Of a stretch of 64,000 bases of DNA, positions 35,801-49,170 are shown one piece after another. Origin of the DNA: Eremomyces bilateralis CBS 781.70. Taxonomy: Eukaryota. The stretch lies in the NCBI GenBank assembly GCA_010015585.1, contig ML975149.1; one strand, 5' to 3'. The notes under the pieces were generated by a model. It was not told the DNA's origin. It searched no databases and was given only the letters and a program-made list of their open reading frames with translations. Position numbers and translations under genes: made by a program. Each line of letters starts with the position of its first letter. The stretch's first letter is position 1.

Positions 35801-38008
35801 TCAGCACGGTGGAGCTGATTTGTTCCGACTTTATTCACTCTTTGCCTATCGACGCCCTTCCAACTCTAGTGGAGACATTGTATCAATTTTCCAGGCAGAA
35901 TCAAGACCTAAATATGTCCTTGACAGTAGGTTATCCGATCATAGAAATGGTTTCTCGACTGGCCGACTGACTGTACCCAGGCAATATCATTCTTCTGGAA
36001 CGTCTCGGACTTCATCCACGAGCACGTGCATGACGAGGAACTGGAGACGTACACCAGCACTGAAACCGGCGAAGAACTGATCAGAACACTTCATCAAACG
36101 TCAGACAAGTCGTCAAGCGCTGCAATCTGGCTGATGCTCCTGTTGCGTCTAACGACAGTGGCTCATGACGAACAGCCGGAGGTTCGGAACGGAGCCCTTC
36201 AAATAATCCTTCGAATCATTCAAAACGTTGGAGGGGAGCTGTCGCCAAGCACATGGACGCTATGCCTCCGATGCATTCTTTTGCACATGCTTGATCAAGA
36301 CGCGGAGAAGCAGCTTTCTGCCATTAAACAGCCGGCGAAAGATGGAACATCCGATGCTGACACCGATACTGCCGTGGCAGAGTGGACGGAAACATCAAGG
36401 CTGATGTTAACAGGTTTCAGCGGGCTCTTCTCAGCGAATCTATCGGTCATTTCGAAAGCAAGTAGGTTCCCAGATATCTGGGCCAACGTCCTCGCAAGCT
36501 TCGAGAAGTATCTGAAACTGAAACGGTACGGCACAAGTGCGGCGGTGTATTCTGCGCTTGAAACCATCCTTGCTGCCATCCCATCGCCAGAATCCGTCGA
36601 CCTCGCGCTCATTGCCCAGGTCGCCGAACTATGGGTGAGCAATTTCCCCGAGCAGGAGAAAAGTGGCTCGACGAAAGAGAATAATCAGGATGCTTACGCG
36701 AAATACGTTCGCGCTTTCAAAGAGTTATATCGACTGGCGAAGACGAAGTTTAACCCCTCACTAATCTCAGCCGCCGCGGAGCACTTAGAGACATGTATTC
36801 AATCGGAAGATTTCGCATACTCAAACGACGTGGAAAGCCTCACCGTTGTCCAAAGCCAAGTACTCGGAGCGCTCTCCGGCATTGAGACGGATAAGGATGG
36901 AGTTTCGTCGATAATCGTCAAATCCTTAGCCGGAATTGGTGTCCTCCCAATCGGCAATGACAGGACGGACCCCAAAGCCAAAGCCCTCACGTTTGTTGCC
37001 GTCTCCAAAGCATGCATGGACGGGATCCAGCACACGGTCATCAACCGTCTCGACCACGACGCGGACCTGATCGAAAGCGGTGCCGTCACTTCAGCTCTCG
37101 AATGCCTTTCCCGTGCTATCCACTCCAAATACCAGCGCAGAACTGACTCCAAAACCATCCCCATTTGGCGCAAAGCCACGACCGTGTCCGTCACCATTCT
37201 CCAGAAACTCCTTTCCAACGGTTCCGTTCTCCCCGGCAATTCGACCACCCTCCATAGCCTCTTGCAGGCCACCGTGCACCTCACCACCGGCATCATGACA
37301 CCCGACCCCTTCCCCTCTCCCACATCCAGCCACGCAGCCCTCTCGACCGACGAATCCTTCGACATCTCCACCCTCCTAACCCTCTTCCCTCTCCTCACAC
37401 CAGCCCTCTCACCCCCCACCATCCCCGAACCCATCCGCCACGAATTCGCCTACAACCTCTTCCTCACCTCCCTCATCCACCCCCTCGACCTCCGCGACGT
37501 TACCGACCCGCAATCTTCCTCGCTTACCGATCTCCACGTCATCCGCTTCGGACGCACGTACGAACCCCCCGCGCGCACGCGGCTGAAGATGGCCTATCTC
37601 TGTCTCGAACAACTCATCTCGCTCATCAGCAACGGTCCCGAATCGCCAGAGAACCCCCAGCCCCGCCGCGACCGCATCGCCCTCGCACAATCCGCCTTCC
37701 CCTATCTCCTCCTCCGCGCCGCGTTGCCGCTCAAAGCGTACATCGCCGACCAGCCGCTGCGCGGGCAGATGCCGATGCCGGAGACGCAGCGGGCGGAATT
37801 GGTGTGGGTGTTGCGGCGGTTGCGAGAGACGGAGTGTTTGGAGGAGGCGGGGGCGGAGGTGGAGCGGGTAAGGAGTCACGGGCGGAGGCATTTGTTGCGG
37901 TTATATCCGTTGGTGGGTAGGGCATTGGGGGTGAGGAATGGGGAGGGGGATGTGAGGGGGGAGTTGGTGGGGTGGATGGAGGGGGTAGGAGTGGAGTTAG
38001 GGCTGTGA
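32863..38008 (+). CDS. MON2: MON2/YSL2 endosomal/Golgi Arf-GEF-like scaffold
   Basis: Exons 32863-35925 and 35981-38008. DCB N-terminus ESKRKNSELKSAAEK...LDIQLKVLQTL, HUS-like region, RDAFLTTLGKAAVP, DLNMSLT/AISFFWNVSDF and YIADQPLRG. Confidence 0.92.
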
Positions 38009-38480
38009 TTTGGGAGTGTGGGGTGGAGCGGGTAGGTAATATTCCAGGGAAAGGGAATGGAATGTGAGGGTATACACAGAGACTGACAGTGGCATTCGTG
38101 AAGGGTTCTGGAGCGAGATATCTACACCAAAAGTAGCAGAATATATGACTATTTCCACAACCAGATAAAAGATGTCCTCGCGGCGTCATGGGTTAGGGAC
38201 ATACGTCCACCACGGCAACACGACCACCACTACTGCCTCCATTTACTGCTTATTGGCGGGCTGGAGACGTATTTAAGTATAACTCGACCATCCTGGAAAT
38301 ATATTTAGTGTAGGCACTCATGCTGCAGCTTAACTTCATAACGATTATTCAATTAATTCATAATCTTCGTAAACCAATACCGATGCGTGCTGTGAAGCAA
38401 TGCTGTCTATTCAATATCCCACCAATACCAGTCAATGAACCCCTATCCAAAGTACAAACCTTCTACACTTATATCCAACT

Positions 38481-41393
38481 CTAACAAACCCTCTCCGTCG
38501 GCTCCCGCCACGGCACCCCCAACCGCTCAAAAATCCCTCTCTCACTCCCCCCCTCCACCAACCTCCCCTCCGTCACCTTCATCCGTCCCCTCCCCCGCAT
38601 CGCATCCTCAAACAGCCCCCGCTGATTCAACCGCATCCCCTTCCGGCTCGCCAGCAACCGCAGGCTCCGATTGAAGATGTCGTTCCCCGTGAAATAAATC
38701 AGCGCCGCACCCATCTCCTCCTCCGGCACTAGTAGTAGATCGATCCGCCGCCACGGTGCCGTCGGGGTGAGCGAGCAGGCTCCGTGGCACTTCGTCGTCT
38801 CCACGGCGTGCACGCTGTCTTTCCCCCCAGCCAGTCTCGCGCGCAGGAACGCCCGCGCCGTCAGCTCGGGTACCAGCTGCTCGAGGACCGTCGATCGAAT
38901 GTATCGGGTGCTCGCCCCTGGCTTCGTGATCAGCAGATCCACATCACCTGAATCCCGTGCACCGCGCCGATATGATCCGCCGATCGTCACCTCGAACGCG
39001 GGGTCGATCGCGCGTAGCGCGTTCGTCACGATGGCGCCGAGCTGGCGCACCTCGTCGCGCGGGATGCGCGCTTGGAAGTCGTCGTAGTGCGCGATGCCGA
39101 CGCGCTGATTATCCGTCAGGGCGATCTGCGGGCACGTCTGCACGTCGGCGAGCGAGCGGCAGCCGAAATCGACCCACTTGCTCGCCTGCGCCAAACCGAC
39201 ATCGTAGACGCCGAGGAAGAGCTGGAGGAGGCGGTCGCGGGGGTCGGTGAGGGTGGATTCGAAGCGGCAGAGGCGGGAGGTGGTGGCGATTTCCTCGATT
39301 TTGCGGGCGAGGCGGTCGCCGATGTGGCGGAGTTGGCGGGCTTGGGCGGCGGTGGTGATGGGGTGGGGTTGGTTCTTGAGGGTGGTGAGGGCTTTGCGGT
39401 AGGCGAGGGAACGCCAGGGGTCTTGGATGCGGGTGTAGTAGTCGCATTGGAGGGAGAGGAGGGTGATGATTTGGGCGTTGGGGTGGGAAGGGGGAATGAT
39501 GGTGGAGGAGGAGGGGGTGGCGGTGGCGGTGGAGTAGTTGGCGGGAGCGGGGTGGGAGTGCATGCATTGGAAGTTGGAAAATTTGGAGTGGTTAGATTTG
39601 GACTTCTTGTGAGCTGGGCGGTGGTCCTCGGAGTCGGAATCGCTTGGTGGCTCGTCTTGTGGCGGAGAGTCGCTTTCCTCGACATCGTCTAGTTCAAGGG
39701 GCTGCAGATAGGTGGTGAGCGTTGGTTCCCTAATATCAGACACTCGATGAGAAAAGTGCCGAGGAAAGGATCCCTTACGATGTCGCGAAGCGCTGCCACT
39801 TCTTGGATGGCTTCAATAAGCTCATAGCCGTACTTGTCTGGTGCGGCGGGCGCAGTCTGGGGAAGTTTCGTTTCATCTGTTTCACCGTCGGCTTGGCCCG
39901 TCTCACAGCCAGTGTCGTGGGACGATGACTTGCCGTATTCGACTCTATCTGATTCTGACGGATCCCCGTGAGTAGCGGTACTGCCCTTCAGGTCGTGCTC
40001 CGGCAACGGCGATCTAGATCGACGGGCGACCTGGTTATTCTGCTGTCAACAGTGGTTAGTACCTATTTATGACTGTCTGTTTGTCCTAGATAGTCAGGCT
40101 GACCTTTGTTTTCGGTTCCACATCAACCTGAGAAGGGATACGGGTAGAGGCAACGGGCCCGGTGTTCGAAGTGGCCTTAGCTGCATTCGGCGTCCCAGGA
40201 ACCTGATAATGGCTCTGCGCAGCATCTAAAATCATCTGAGACCTGATGCAGTCGGAAGGATATTCCTCGTTCACGACGATCACTTCCGGCTGCAAAGTGA
40301 GCCAACCGCTAACTACTCGTGTGGGCCCAGGGCATTGTTGCTTACTGGAATGCCCTCTGGTAGCTTCAGATACACCGGTATATCTTGATACGTGAGACGG
40401 TGGTCCACGATGATGTGCGTGATACCAGCGGTCGCATCCCAATCGCGCACCCATGTCGCGCCATACCGCTCACTAACCCGTATCCTCGCCTTTCGGCCGG
40501 CATGGATGTCGTTATTCGGGAAGAAGTCTAGCGTACAGTGAGCACTTTAGTTCCTGAGCTGGCTTGTTTGAAAGGCGTGTCGAAGTATATTGCCATGGAG
40601 CCAATCAGCGGCCAGGATGCCGGGATGGAGGGGTATAAAGATATGATCCTTATTTCTTCCAAGACTGAACAACAGAACAGGGAGAAGGACCCGAATGCAA
40701 TGACACATCACATCCTGGAGGATTCTCCAGGCATTTTGATTTTTGGGGTATGGGGAAGGCTGGCTGCGCGATGGTGCGGAGATTGGGATGTGATCGGAGG
40801 GATCGGGAAGCATACTGGGGGAAGCGTTTTGGAGGAACCATATAGAACGTACAGAAGTTTAAGTTGGCGAAGATCCGTTGCGCATCAGGGACCAGGTTTG
40901 GGAGGCTGCTACGTCTCCGCTTGGAAGCTTTAGTCTTTGCACATGTTCCTTTGGAAGCCATCGTGGCTGAAGGTGCGATTCTCTCCGACTCCGTATGCCT
41001 CAAAGTTGGAGTTGTGTGGGTGGTAAGGCAGCTGAGCTGTTTGGTACGTTTCGAAGCATTTGGGTCGGAGTGAGACCGGTAAAGGTCCCTTCCGGGCGCA
41101 TGAGCGTTGGAATGCTTCAGGTTAGCCCGTATCTGAACATCCTCTGAAAGTAAAGTTTTCGTCGACAGGACATTCTGGTGGATGGATATTTGAAAGTGAG
41201 TAGGATTTACAGACGAAGGTGAACCAGAAGTCAGAAAGTCCATCGAGGCTTCAATGCCTGGATCCCAGTCATCGGAATCACTAGCTTCAGGTTCATTGCT
41301 ACGGTGCTTTGCTTTAGTATCGGGGGCATCGGGAGGCTCGTCCAGCGCATGGAGACTTGCAAAGAAGCGTTTCTTGTCCGAGAGTGTTTCCAT
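38481..41393 (-). CDS. POL4: X-family DNA polymerase lambda/POL4 with an N-terminal BRCT domain
   Basis: Exons ~41393-40853, 40527-40346, 40289-40104, ~40042-39779 and 39701-38481. BRCT-like YFFPNND...GATWVRDW...ITHIIVD. Lyase domain AYRKA. Catalytic GSYRRG..SGDVD and RRIDLL. YFTGN present. Confidence 0.9.
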
Positions 41394-42253
41394 GACGCAT
41401 TGTAGGATTTGGTTAGTGGTGTCATCCAGGATCCCACGGCCTGATACCACAGTTCGCCTATGTAGAGCACGGCGCAGGACGTGTGACGGGCGAAAGTCCC
41501 GAAGTCTTTAGCCTTTAATAGGTGATGGTGATTGAAAGGTCCCAAGTCCCAAATGGACAATGAATATCCACGATCAATCTCTCTGGAATCCCGGAATGAA
41601 TGGGAATCCCTGATGAGCCGAAGATCACTTTAAACCAGACCTCGTGAAGCACATGCATGATTGCATTCCCCCCCAAAGCACCCCCATCCATGTCTATTCC
41701 ATGATCGACCGTCCCATGTCCCTGATCAACCCGTTGCTCTGGCGGGAGCCACCTCCACACAGTAGGCACACATGCACCCTCGTTTACACGGCTGTTGCGG
41801 TTTCAGTAGATTGATACAACGATCTCATACGTTCCTGCCCCTGGATAGTGGGAAAGAAACCAAATTCTAGCTGCAATTCATGGAACCTGTGACCATTCAC
41901 GATAGAGATGCCCAGAAGGGGCCCCTCGTCACGCCGAGGAGATCGGGAATTGGACTGTCATCCGGTTTACGTCTGTAGAAAGCCAGAGAATAAGTCCAAG
42001 ACCCCAATGCTGGTTTCTTAAAACAATCAGCCGATGCTGGGATGTCCGTAGTCCACATCCATAAGGAAGCTTTTCCGATCCAAGAAGGTTTTCTTGCGGA
42101 CATCTGCACTTGAGCGTTGCTGTCTGTGGACCTGCTCGGTTTCCTTCTTCATCTTCCCTGCATCAGAGACAGACCAAATCGAACGCCCTTTGATGATCTT
42201 CGAGTGAGACGACACTCTCACCCCAATGTCTGGCGACAAGGAACCATCAGAGC

Positions 42254-45200
42254 ATGCGGCGTCGGGCTGACAGTCATCCGCAACTTCTGCGCTGGCAGTC
42301 GAGTCCTACGAACCTATCCACGGACGTATATGCCTCACCACCAGCATTGCTGAGATTTGATGCGGGAACGCAAGGACAACCGCAATACCAACCCGAACCG
42401 ATATACGAAGAGTACGGTCACGCAGAGCAGTCACAGGCAGGAACTGGACGACGAATCGCGAGACCAGCGACAGCAGCACAACTCCAGACGCAGGCGATGT
42501 CATTACAGGTTGGAGTTCGAGGAGGAAGTATGAGAGGCGGATTGATGCACGAAGGTCATGGACACCACCATGGATTCCGTGAACACCCACCACATTCTAC
42601 GGGAATGGATGCCGCTGCGAGTGGCGTAGGCGTTGGTGGTGGCTTGAGCATGAGCAATCCGTTGCCGAATGTTCTGGGGCTGAGTGCGCTGAGCAGCCTA
42701 AACAGCCTAAACGCCATGGCCCTGGGGGCCGTCGATCACCGGTTGGGCGGCGGTGTAGAGCCCATGGATGGCAGGGGGGCCGCCCGTGGAGAGTCCTTTC
42801 TCGAGCGTCTTTCGAGGGTGTCATCGCCCAGTCTCTCCGGTAGCAGCAGCTCCTCCAACTCGCCCAACCCCCCCGCCGCTGCCAACATCCCCAACGCCCG
42901 TGCTGCCAACTCTAACACCACCACGGGCACAGGCAGCCTCAATATCAACGGCAACTTGCTGGCCTCGGCTTCAATCAACGCATGCAGCGCCCCGCCAGCA
43001 ACGCCTACCAACCGTCTTGCGCACTCACACTCATGCTCACACCCATCACTTCCACATGCACATGTTCCTCATCAGTCCACACCCTCTACTTCGGCTCAAT
43101 CCGCCGCCCATGGCCAAGGTCAAACTCAAAGTCAAGCTTTAGCTCCAGCTCCCAATCAAGGAGCAGCACAACCAGGAGCACATGCACTGGCTTCTCAAGA
43201 GAGACGGCATTCTTCTCTACTCCATCGAAACATCTATCCCACTACCCCTTCATCCTCCTTCTCCCCCTCCTTGTCCTCTCAAAATGCTCCCTCCGCGATG
43301 CGCAAGAAACGCCCGCTGGAAGACGCAGAGTATGGCCCAGGTCCCGACTCGCAACGCCTAAAGTTGGACCCCTCCTCCCTCCACCACAACCCGGTCCTGC
43401 AACCCACCAACCCCCAGCGCCAACGCCCTCTCCCGCTCTCCACTTCCCCCATCTCCGCTTCCCCCCTCACCCACCACGTCCGTTACGAATCCGGTCCCAC
43501 CTACGCCTCCGCCGCCCCCTCCGCCTACCCCTACGGGGATCCCTCGCACGACCTCAAGTTCCCCTCCGCGTCCGACTTCCACGTTGAATCGCGGTACCAC
43601 GGCCAGTCGTCCGGATCGGCGCACCACGCGAACGGCCCTCACGGTGCTGCCCCGCCGGCGCATCCAGCGCAGCACCCGACCCCGCAACCGCAACAACCCT
43701 ACTTCCAAGTGCCGCAAACCCCGGATTCGACGACCTTGGATGCCCAGGCACGCATGGCACATGGGATCGCGTATTCGTCCAATGCGCACCTCTATAGCGC
43801 CCTGCCAAATGTAAACGTCGATGTAAATGCGGCCACCTTTGGGGGTTACCTGCCGCAGAGTGCAGGGACGGACTTGAGTGTGTCGGATGTGTATTCGCAG
43901 CCGCTGGTCGACGCGAGTGCGGTGAGTGAAGATAGCCAGAGTTCATGGGACTATTACTCTCTGGACGCGAGTATCCACCTGAAACTGCAGAGCTTGCCAA
44001 TTCTGGACAACCTGGTGAGTGACCCTGTCATGATTCGTGGCTGGGAGGCTATTGAGATATCGTATTGGATGAGTAAGAAACAAGAGTTAACATTAAATGT
44101 TAGGCTACGCAAATCCTGGGAACTTTTGCCAACAGCACGTTTCCCGAAGTCATCTCGCTCATCTCCGAGCCAGAGTCCGGCCGCGGGCAAGCTTACACGA
44201 CGCTGTGCGCTCTATTCGACCAGAATCGCAAGCTGTACACGCGGGACCAGCCCTTCCTCGACGCGCGAGCGCTGCATCTTGACCAGCAACCTGATGCCGA
44301 CAAGACGATCAGGAAGGCCAATTTCGCCTCCTTCATCCTCAGCATCTTCGGCCGGCATGACATCCCGTTCTCCCAACTGAACGAGTCCTTCCTGGAAATC
44401 GTCGTGCCGCCCGGCCAGTACCTGCGGCGATGGCAGTCTACATTGCTCCTAGAACTAAAAACTCAGGGATATATTGCCACAGCGCTGAGCCACGGCGCCC
44501 TAGCCCCGGAGCGGGACGAAGAGACGCTGGAAGAGTATTTCCCGCGAACTATGCAGGGGATCATCTTATCCCGGCGGAATCGAAGCGGCATCGCGGCAAG
44601 CGCATCAAATACGACAACTAGCAAACGACTCGCGCCTACCGAAGAAGACCTGATCCGCCGGCTCAACCAACGGCGACAGAAGGTACTCGAAGTCCAAGAC
44701 GGCGTGGACGGGATCAACATGCTCTCCCACAACCACGACTGGACCGCGTTCCTCAAGCTCGCCGCGCGCACCGTCGCGAAGTTCCTCGCCTTCAGCGATG
44801 CCACCGACTGGAGCCAGCGACCCAAGACCCCCGATCTCGACGACGACTCCGATGTCGTCGACGAGGACTCTCCTTCCGCTCCCAACCACGTCACCCGCGC
44901 CACCCTGGCCGCCCACGCCGCCATCCACGGCCAACGCCACCCCTCCGAAGGCGTCGCCTCCTCCTCCCTCTACCCCTCCCACCTCTATCGCAACTACGCC
45001 GACCTTCCCTCCTCCAGCGCCAGCGGCGGCTCGCTCCCCTCCACGCTCAACAGCTCGTCCTTCCCACCGACCTTCTCCCATGCACACGCGCTGGGGCTTC
45101 CATCGGACACGACGCCCTCTCAGCCGCCCGCCATGCCCACCTCCCTCCTCTACACCCGCGCGCGCAGCCAAACCACTACGAAAGCCCCCCCGCGCTCCTC

Positions 45201-45537
45201 TCGCCCAGGCCTCCCCTCCCAACGCCGCCCCTGGGCGCTCGAAGAAGAGCACGCGCTGATGGACGGGCTGGACCGCGTTAAGGGGCCGCACTGGAGTCAG
45301 ATCCTCGCACTGTACGGGGCAGGCGGCAGCATCAGCGAGGTGCTGAAGGAGCGGAACCAGGTGCAGCTAAAGGACAAGGCGCGGAACCTAAAGTTGTTTT
45401 TCCTAAAGAGCGGGATCGAGGTGCCAGTGTATTTACAGGGGGTGACGGGGGAGTTGAAGACAAGGGCACCAAATCAGGCGCGGCGGAGGGAGGAGCGGGA
45501 GAGACGGGAGAAGGAGGGCGGGGAGGATGGGGGGTGA
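42254..45537 (+). CDS. TBF1: TBF1/TRF-like telomeric-repeat binding factor (TRFH-like domain plus C-terminal Myb/telobox); start codon uncertain
   Basis: Intron 44015-44103 joins LQSLPILDNL to ATQIL...IRKANFASF...LLLELKTQGYI. The Myb domain reads RRPWALEEEHALMDGLDRVKGPHWSQIL...RNQVQLKDKARN. Confidence 0.82.
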
Positions 45538-47547
45538 ATGTAGGGGAAGGGGAAACGGGAAAAGGGGGACGGGGGAAGACTATTGGTTGGGAATCTAGGG
45601 GGGGGATCTCCTTCATGGCGGCCGTGGGACGGGCAATGCGAGATTTGCGGGCCACTTTTCTTATCTTTCTGATTTCAGGGGTTTTTACGAGCATAATATT
45701 CTGCTTTCTCTATCACGATAATAGTGAGCGTTCTCAACACTGGTCCGGACCACGTTGGGGACGCTCATGTCAGTCATGTTGATGATTTTCAACGACTTTC
45801 TTACACTCTTTCGCGTCCCCCCTCTTTCTTCTGCCCACTTGCTTACTTACTTCACGTTGAGATACCCGCTGCATCTAACCGGGGCGTCTCCTTTCTTTGG
45901 CACTGGTGGTTTGGTTTGCATCCCCCTACGGCCTCGACGGACCTAGATCTCGGACCTAGGGGCTTGATAGGGCATCGGGGTTCTTCTTACGTTCCAACGA
46001 AACGCATTGACGATTTCTTTCGGCTTCTTTCAAAATATCACCTGCTTGCCCCTCTCGTCTGCGTTTCCTCTGAGGCACTCCTCGACCACGGCGTCCAAGC
46101 ACGCGTGTTTTGAGAAAGCGACGCCGCATCGGGTTTGCGTGGCTTGACTCGTATATGAATGATGAACAGAATGGCTCGAGTTCCACGGAGCTGCCCGCCG
46201 CTTCGGTGTTAGCGGGTTCGGCGTCCTGCTGCGTTGGGAGCAGAGGGGAGGGAGGTACTTTGGGATACATTAGCAATGATTTACCTCGATAGCGATGGGA
46301 GGTGGGAACAATGAGACACGATAGCCAATCACGCCGCAATTGATACAAAATTATTTCTTGGACGTTGAATCGGGATAAGAGGCCGAGTGAAGTCATTCCT
46401 GCGCCGGAGATCATTGGATGGAGCAGACGGAATTCCTCGTGTCCCAGTGATGTCCTCCCTCTGCAGTCGCATTTACATTGTTCTCCTCTGGCGCCTCCCC
46501 CTCGCGTCCTTCCCCACACCCCCAACCCCATAGGCTGGCGTATAACAAATATCCCGGCGCTCGTCTACACGGCAAGCGGCAGTACATGCACCATACTCAC
46601 CGCACTCTCCTTGTAATCTTACCCGTCCTCCCCTCACATCTATCTTAATCAACCTGCCGCACTACCTCAACCAGGGCCATCGCCTCCCCCAGCCCGCGCC
46701 TTCCAACCGCCCCGCCTCTGTAGGCAGCCTATCCATCCCGCCGTCCTACCTCCAATAGGCAACCGGGCCGATGCATGGATATATCCAACGAGATTGAGGC
46801 CCGCTATCTCTCCGATGGTTGGGTTTGGGGTTACTTCATCGAGGTAATATCTTGGGCTTGGCGCAGGAGGGCGCGTCGGAAGGGGGCGATCACACGTGTC
46901 AGAGATAATTTCTGGCGCCCCTGGATGGGGATGGGGGGATGGTTGGGAGCCCGATGCCCGATGGGAGGAGAACTGGCCGGGCTTCCCCGCGCTTTTTGGA
47001 TGGTAAATTGGTAATATGTGTGGTGCAGCTGGGGTGGAGGGATGAGCTTGGGAACTGAAGTTTGAGCTGATGTCAAATGTTGTCAATGCCGATCGGATAC
47101 AAGGCTATGAGGCTACCAGGCAGAAATTCCGCCCCTGGCATTCTCAAGTTGCGCTCCACGTGTTGAGGCGGCGGAGCGGGAGATTCCGCTCGGGATCAAG
47201 CACGTGAGATTCAACCTCACTCCCAACAATTGGAAGCAACGCAAGATATCGCGGCAACTGTGTGTCAACGAACGGAGCCTATTGATTCAAGCAATAGGAT
47301 TGAGGCATTTCTCAACGCTCATAGTCGAAGGCAATTATATCGCCATCATTCCGAACTCCCAAATCGTCCCTATCCCAAATCCGTACCAAACCCGCCCAGG
47401 GTATTACTTCCCGATACAGAACACTTCCCCACGACAACACTACAGCACCAGGTTTCTCGATTCCTGGATGTGAATTTTCGGATCGTCACTTCCTTCGAAT
47501 TTCTCCTAATCATTACGAACCCAACATATCCTTCCCTAACCATCACC

Positions 47548-48475
47548 ATGTCATCCGCCGGCCCCAGCGAACCCATCTCCGACCCGACCCCCAACACTAC
47601 CAACCCCGCCCCCGAACCAGAGATCAAGACCGAACCCACGCAACAATCAGAATCCGACAATACGCTCGTCGCCCCGGCTGATGATGCGGACGCGGAACCA
47701 TCCCTCGACGCAACGCAGCCGGACCCGATGAATCTGGACGGCGGGAACGACGTGCAGATGAACGGTACGGACGAGCGAAATGGAGCGGCACCACTGTCTG
47801 CGGCGCCGGCGGGGCCGTCAGGACCGAGGATTGCGCAGAAGAAGGATGTGACGTTGCGGGACTTTCTGGGGAAGATGGATGACTATGCGCCGATTGTGAG
47901 TTATCTCTGATATAGCCGTCTCATCGCCGCTCTAGCTGGATATAGAGACGAACCCCCTTCACTATTGCTTTATATTCGAGGCTATCTACGCAAGATCCAT
48001 GCTGTCGAAAGCAACCATCGCTGACTTCTATCTTATCTAGATCCCCGACGCCGTCATCAACTACTACCTCACCCTTGCCGGCCTCCCCCCCCCCCCCCAA
48101 ACCCCCCCCCACCTCGCCCGCCTCCTCGGCCTCGCCACCCAGAAATTCATCGCCGACATCGCGGCCGACTCCTACCAATACTCCCGCATTCGCTCCTCCA
48201 ACACCACCTCCAACAACCCGATGCAAGGTCTCGGCGGCGTCGCGACCTTCGGCACGACGGCGGGCGGACCGAGCGGGCCGGGTGCGGCGCAGGGACAGGG
48301 CGGCGGGAAGGACGCGCCGGTGGCGAAGGCGGCAAATTTGGGGGTGCAGCGGCCGGGGTATGGAGGGGGTGGGCAGGGAGGCGCGAGTGGGCGGACGGTG
48401 TTGACGATGGAGGATTTGGGTATGGCGGTGGGGGAGTATGGGGTGAATGTGAAGCGGGGGGAGTTTTATCGATGA
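47548..48475 (+). CDS. TAF10: TFIID/SAGA subunit TAF10
   Basis: Exons 47548-47895 and 48041-48475. Motifs [49 protein letters not shown] and [25 protein letters not shown]. Confidence 0.95.
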
Positions 48476-48680
48476 AGGAAGGGGGATGGATGGGTGGCAT
48501 TAATTATGGATTGCATTTCGTCGTGGAGTTTGGGACATGGGACGGACACGGGTGGATACCCCGTTGGCATCGAGGGTTCAAACTCTGAGGATTCTAGTAT
48601 ACATATGGTATCATGACTATATTCCATCGCCCTGGAACTCCGGCCAATGCGATGTCAGCGCAAATCTGCATGCACTCCGT

Positions 48681-49170
48681 TTACTTGTTCTTCGACTGCT
48701 TGTAGTAGAACCGTTTCCGCGTCCTAGTTACGGTCAGCCCGCACATCTATCATCGACGCATCGTCTGGTTGCAATGACACGATCATTATATCACAGAGCA
48801 CGTACGGTGAAAACTCTCCCAGCTTATGGCCCACCATGTCCTCCGTCACCATAAACTCATGGTAGATCTTCCCGTTGTGCACCTGGAACTTTCGTCCTAC
48901 GAAATTGGGTAATATGGTCGCGGAGCGCGCTTGCGTCTTGATCGGGATGACTCGGTCGCCGGGTTTCATGTGCGTGAGCGGAAGACTATGAAAACATCGT
49001 TAGGTTCGCCAAATCTATGGATTCGATCTGTTGGGTCGAGTAAGGTGATGGACATACGGGACGATATGTGGTCCTGCAAGTGTGTTAGTAGAGCGCGATA
49101 AATGGGAGCATCAGAGTAGGGGATTACCTTTCCACACCGAGCGCTTCAGCAGCGCTCGTGTTGGGAACAT
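48681..49170 (-). CDS. RSM19: Mitochondrial small-subunit ribosomal protein S19 (uS19m)
   Basis: Exons 49170-49128, 49073-49058, 48985-48806 and 48723-48681. The protein reads RSVWKGP...[18 protein letters not shown]...[14 protein letters not shown]. Confidence 0.93.

Noticed and set aside
46150..46260. ATGATGA box-C-like word as a snoRNA
   Set aside because: No suitably placed box D (CTGA) or terminal stem downstream.
45956..46531. 191-aa minus-strand ORF
   Set aside because: No homology cues and no coherent start or splice model.
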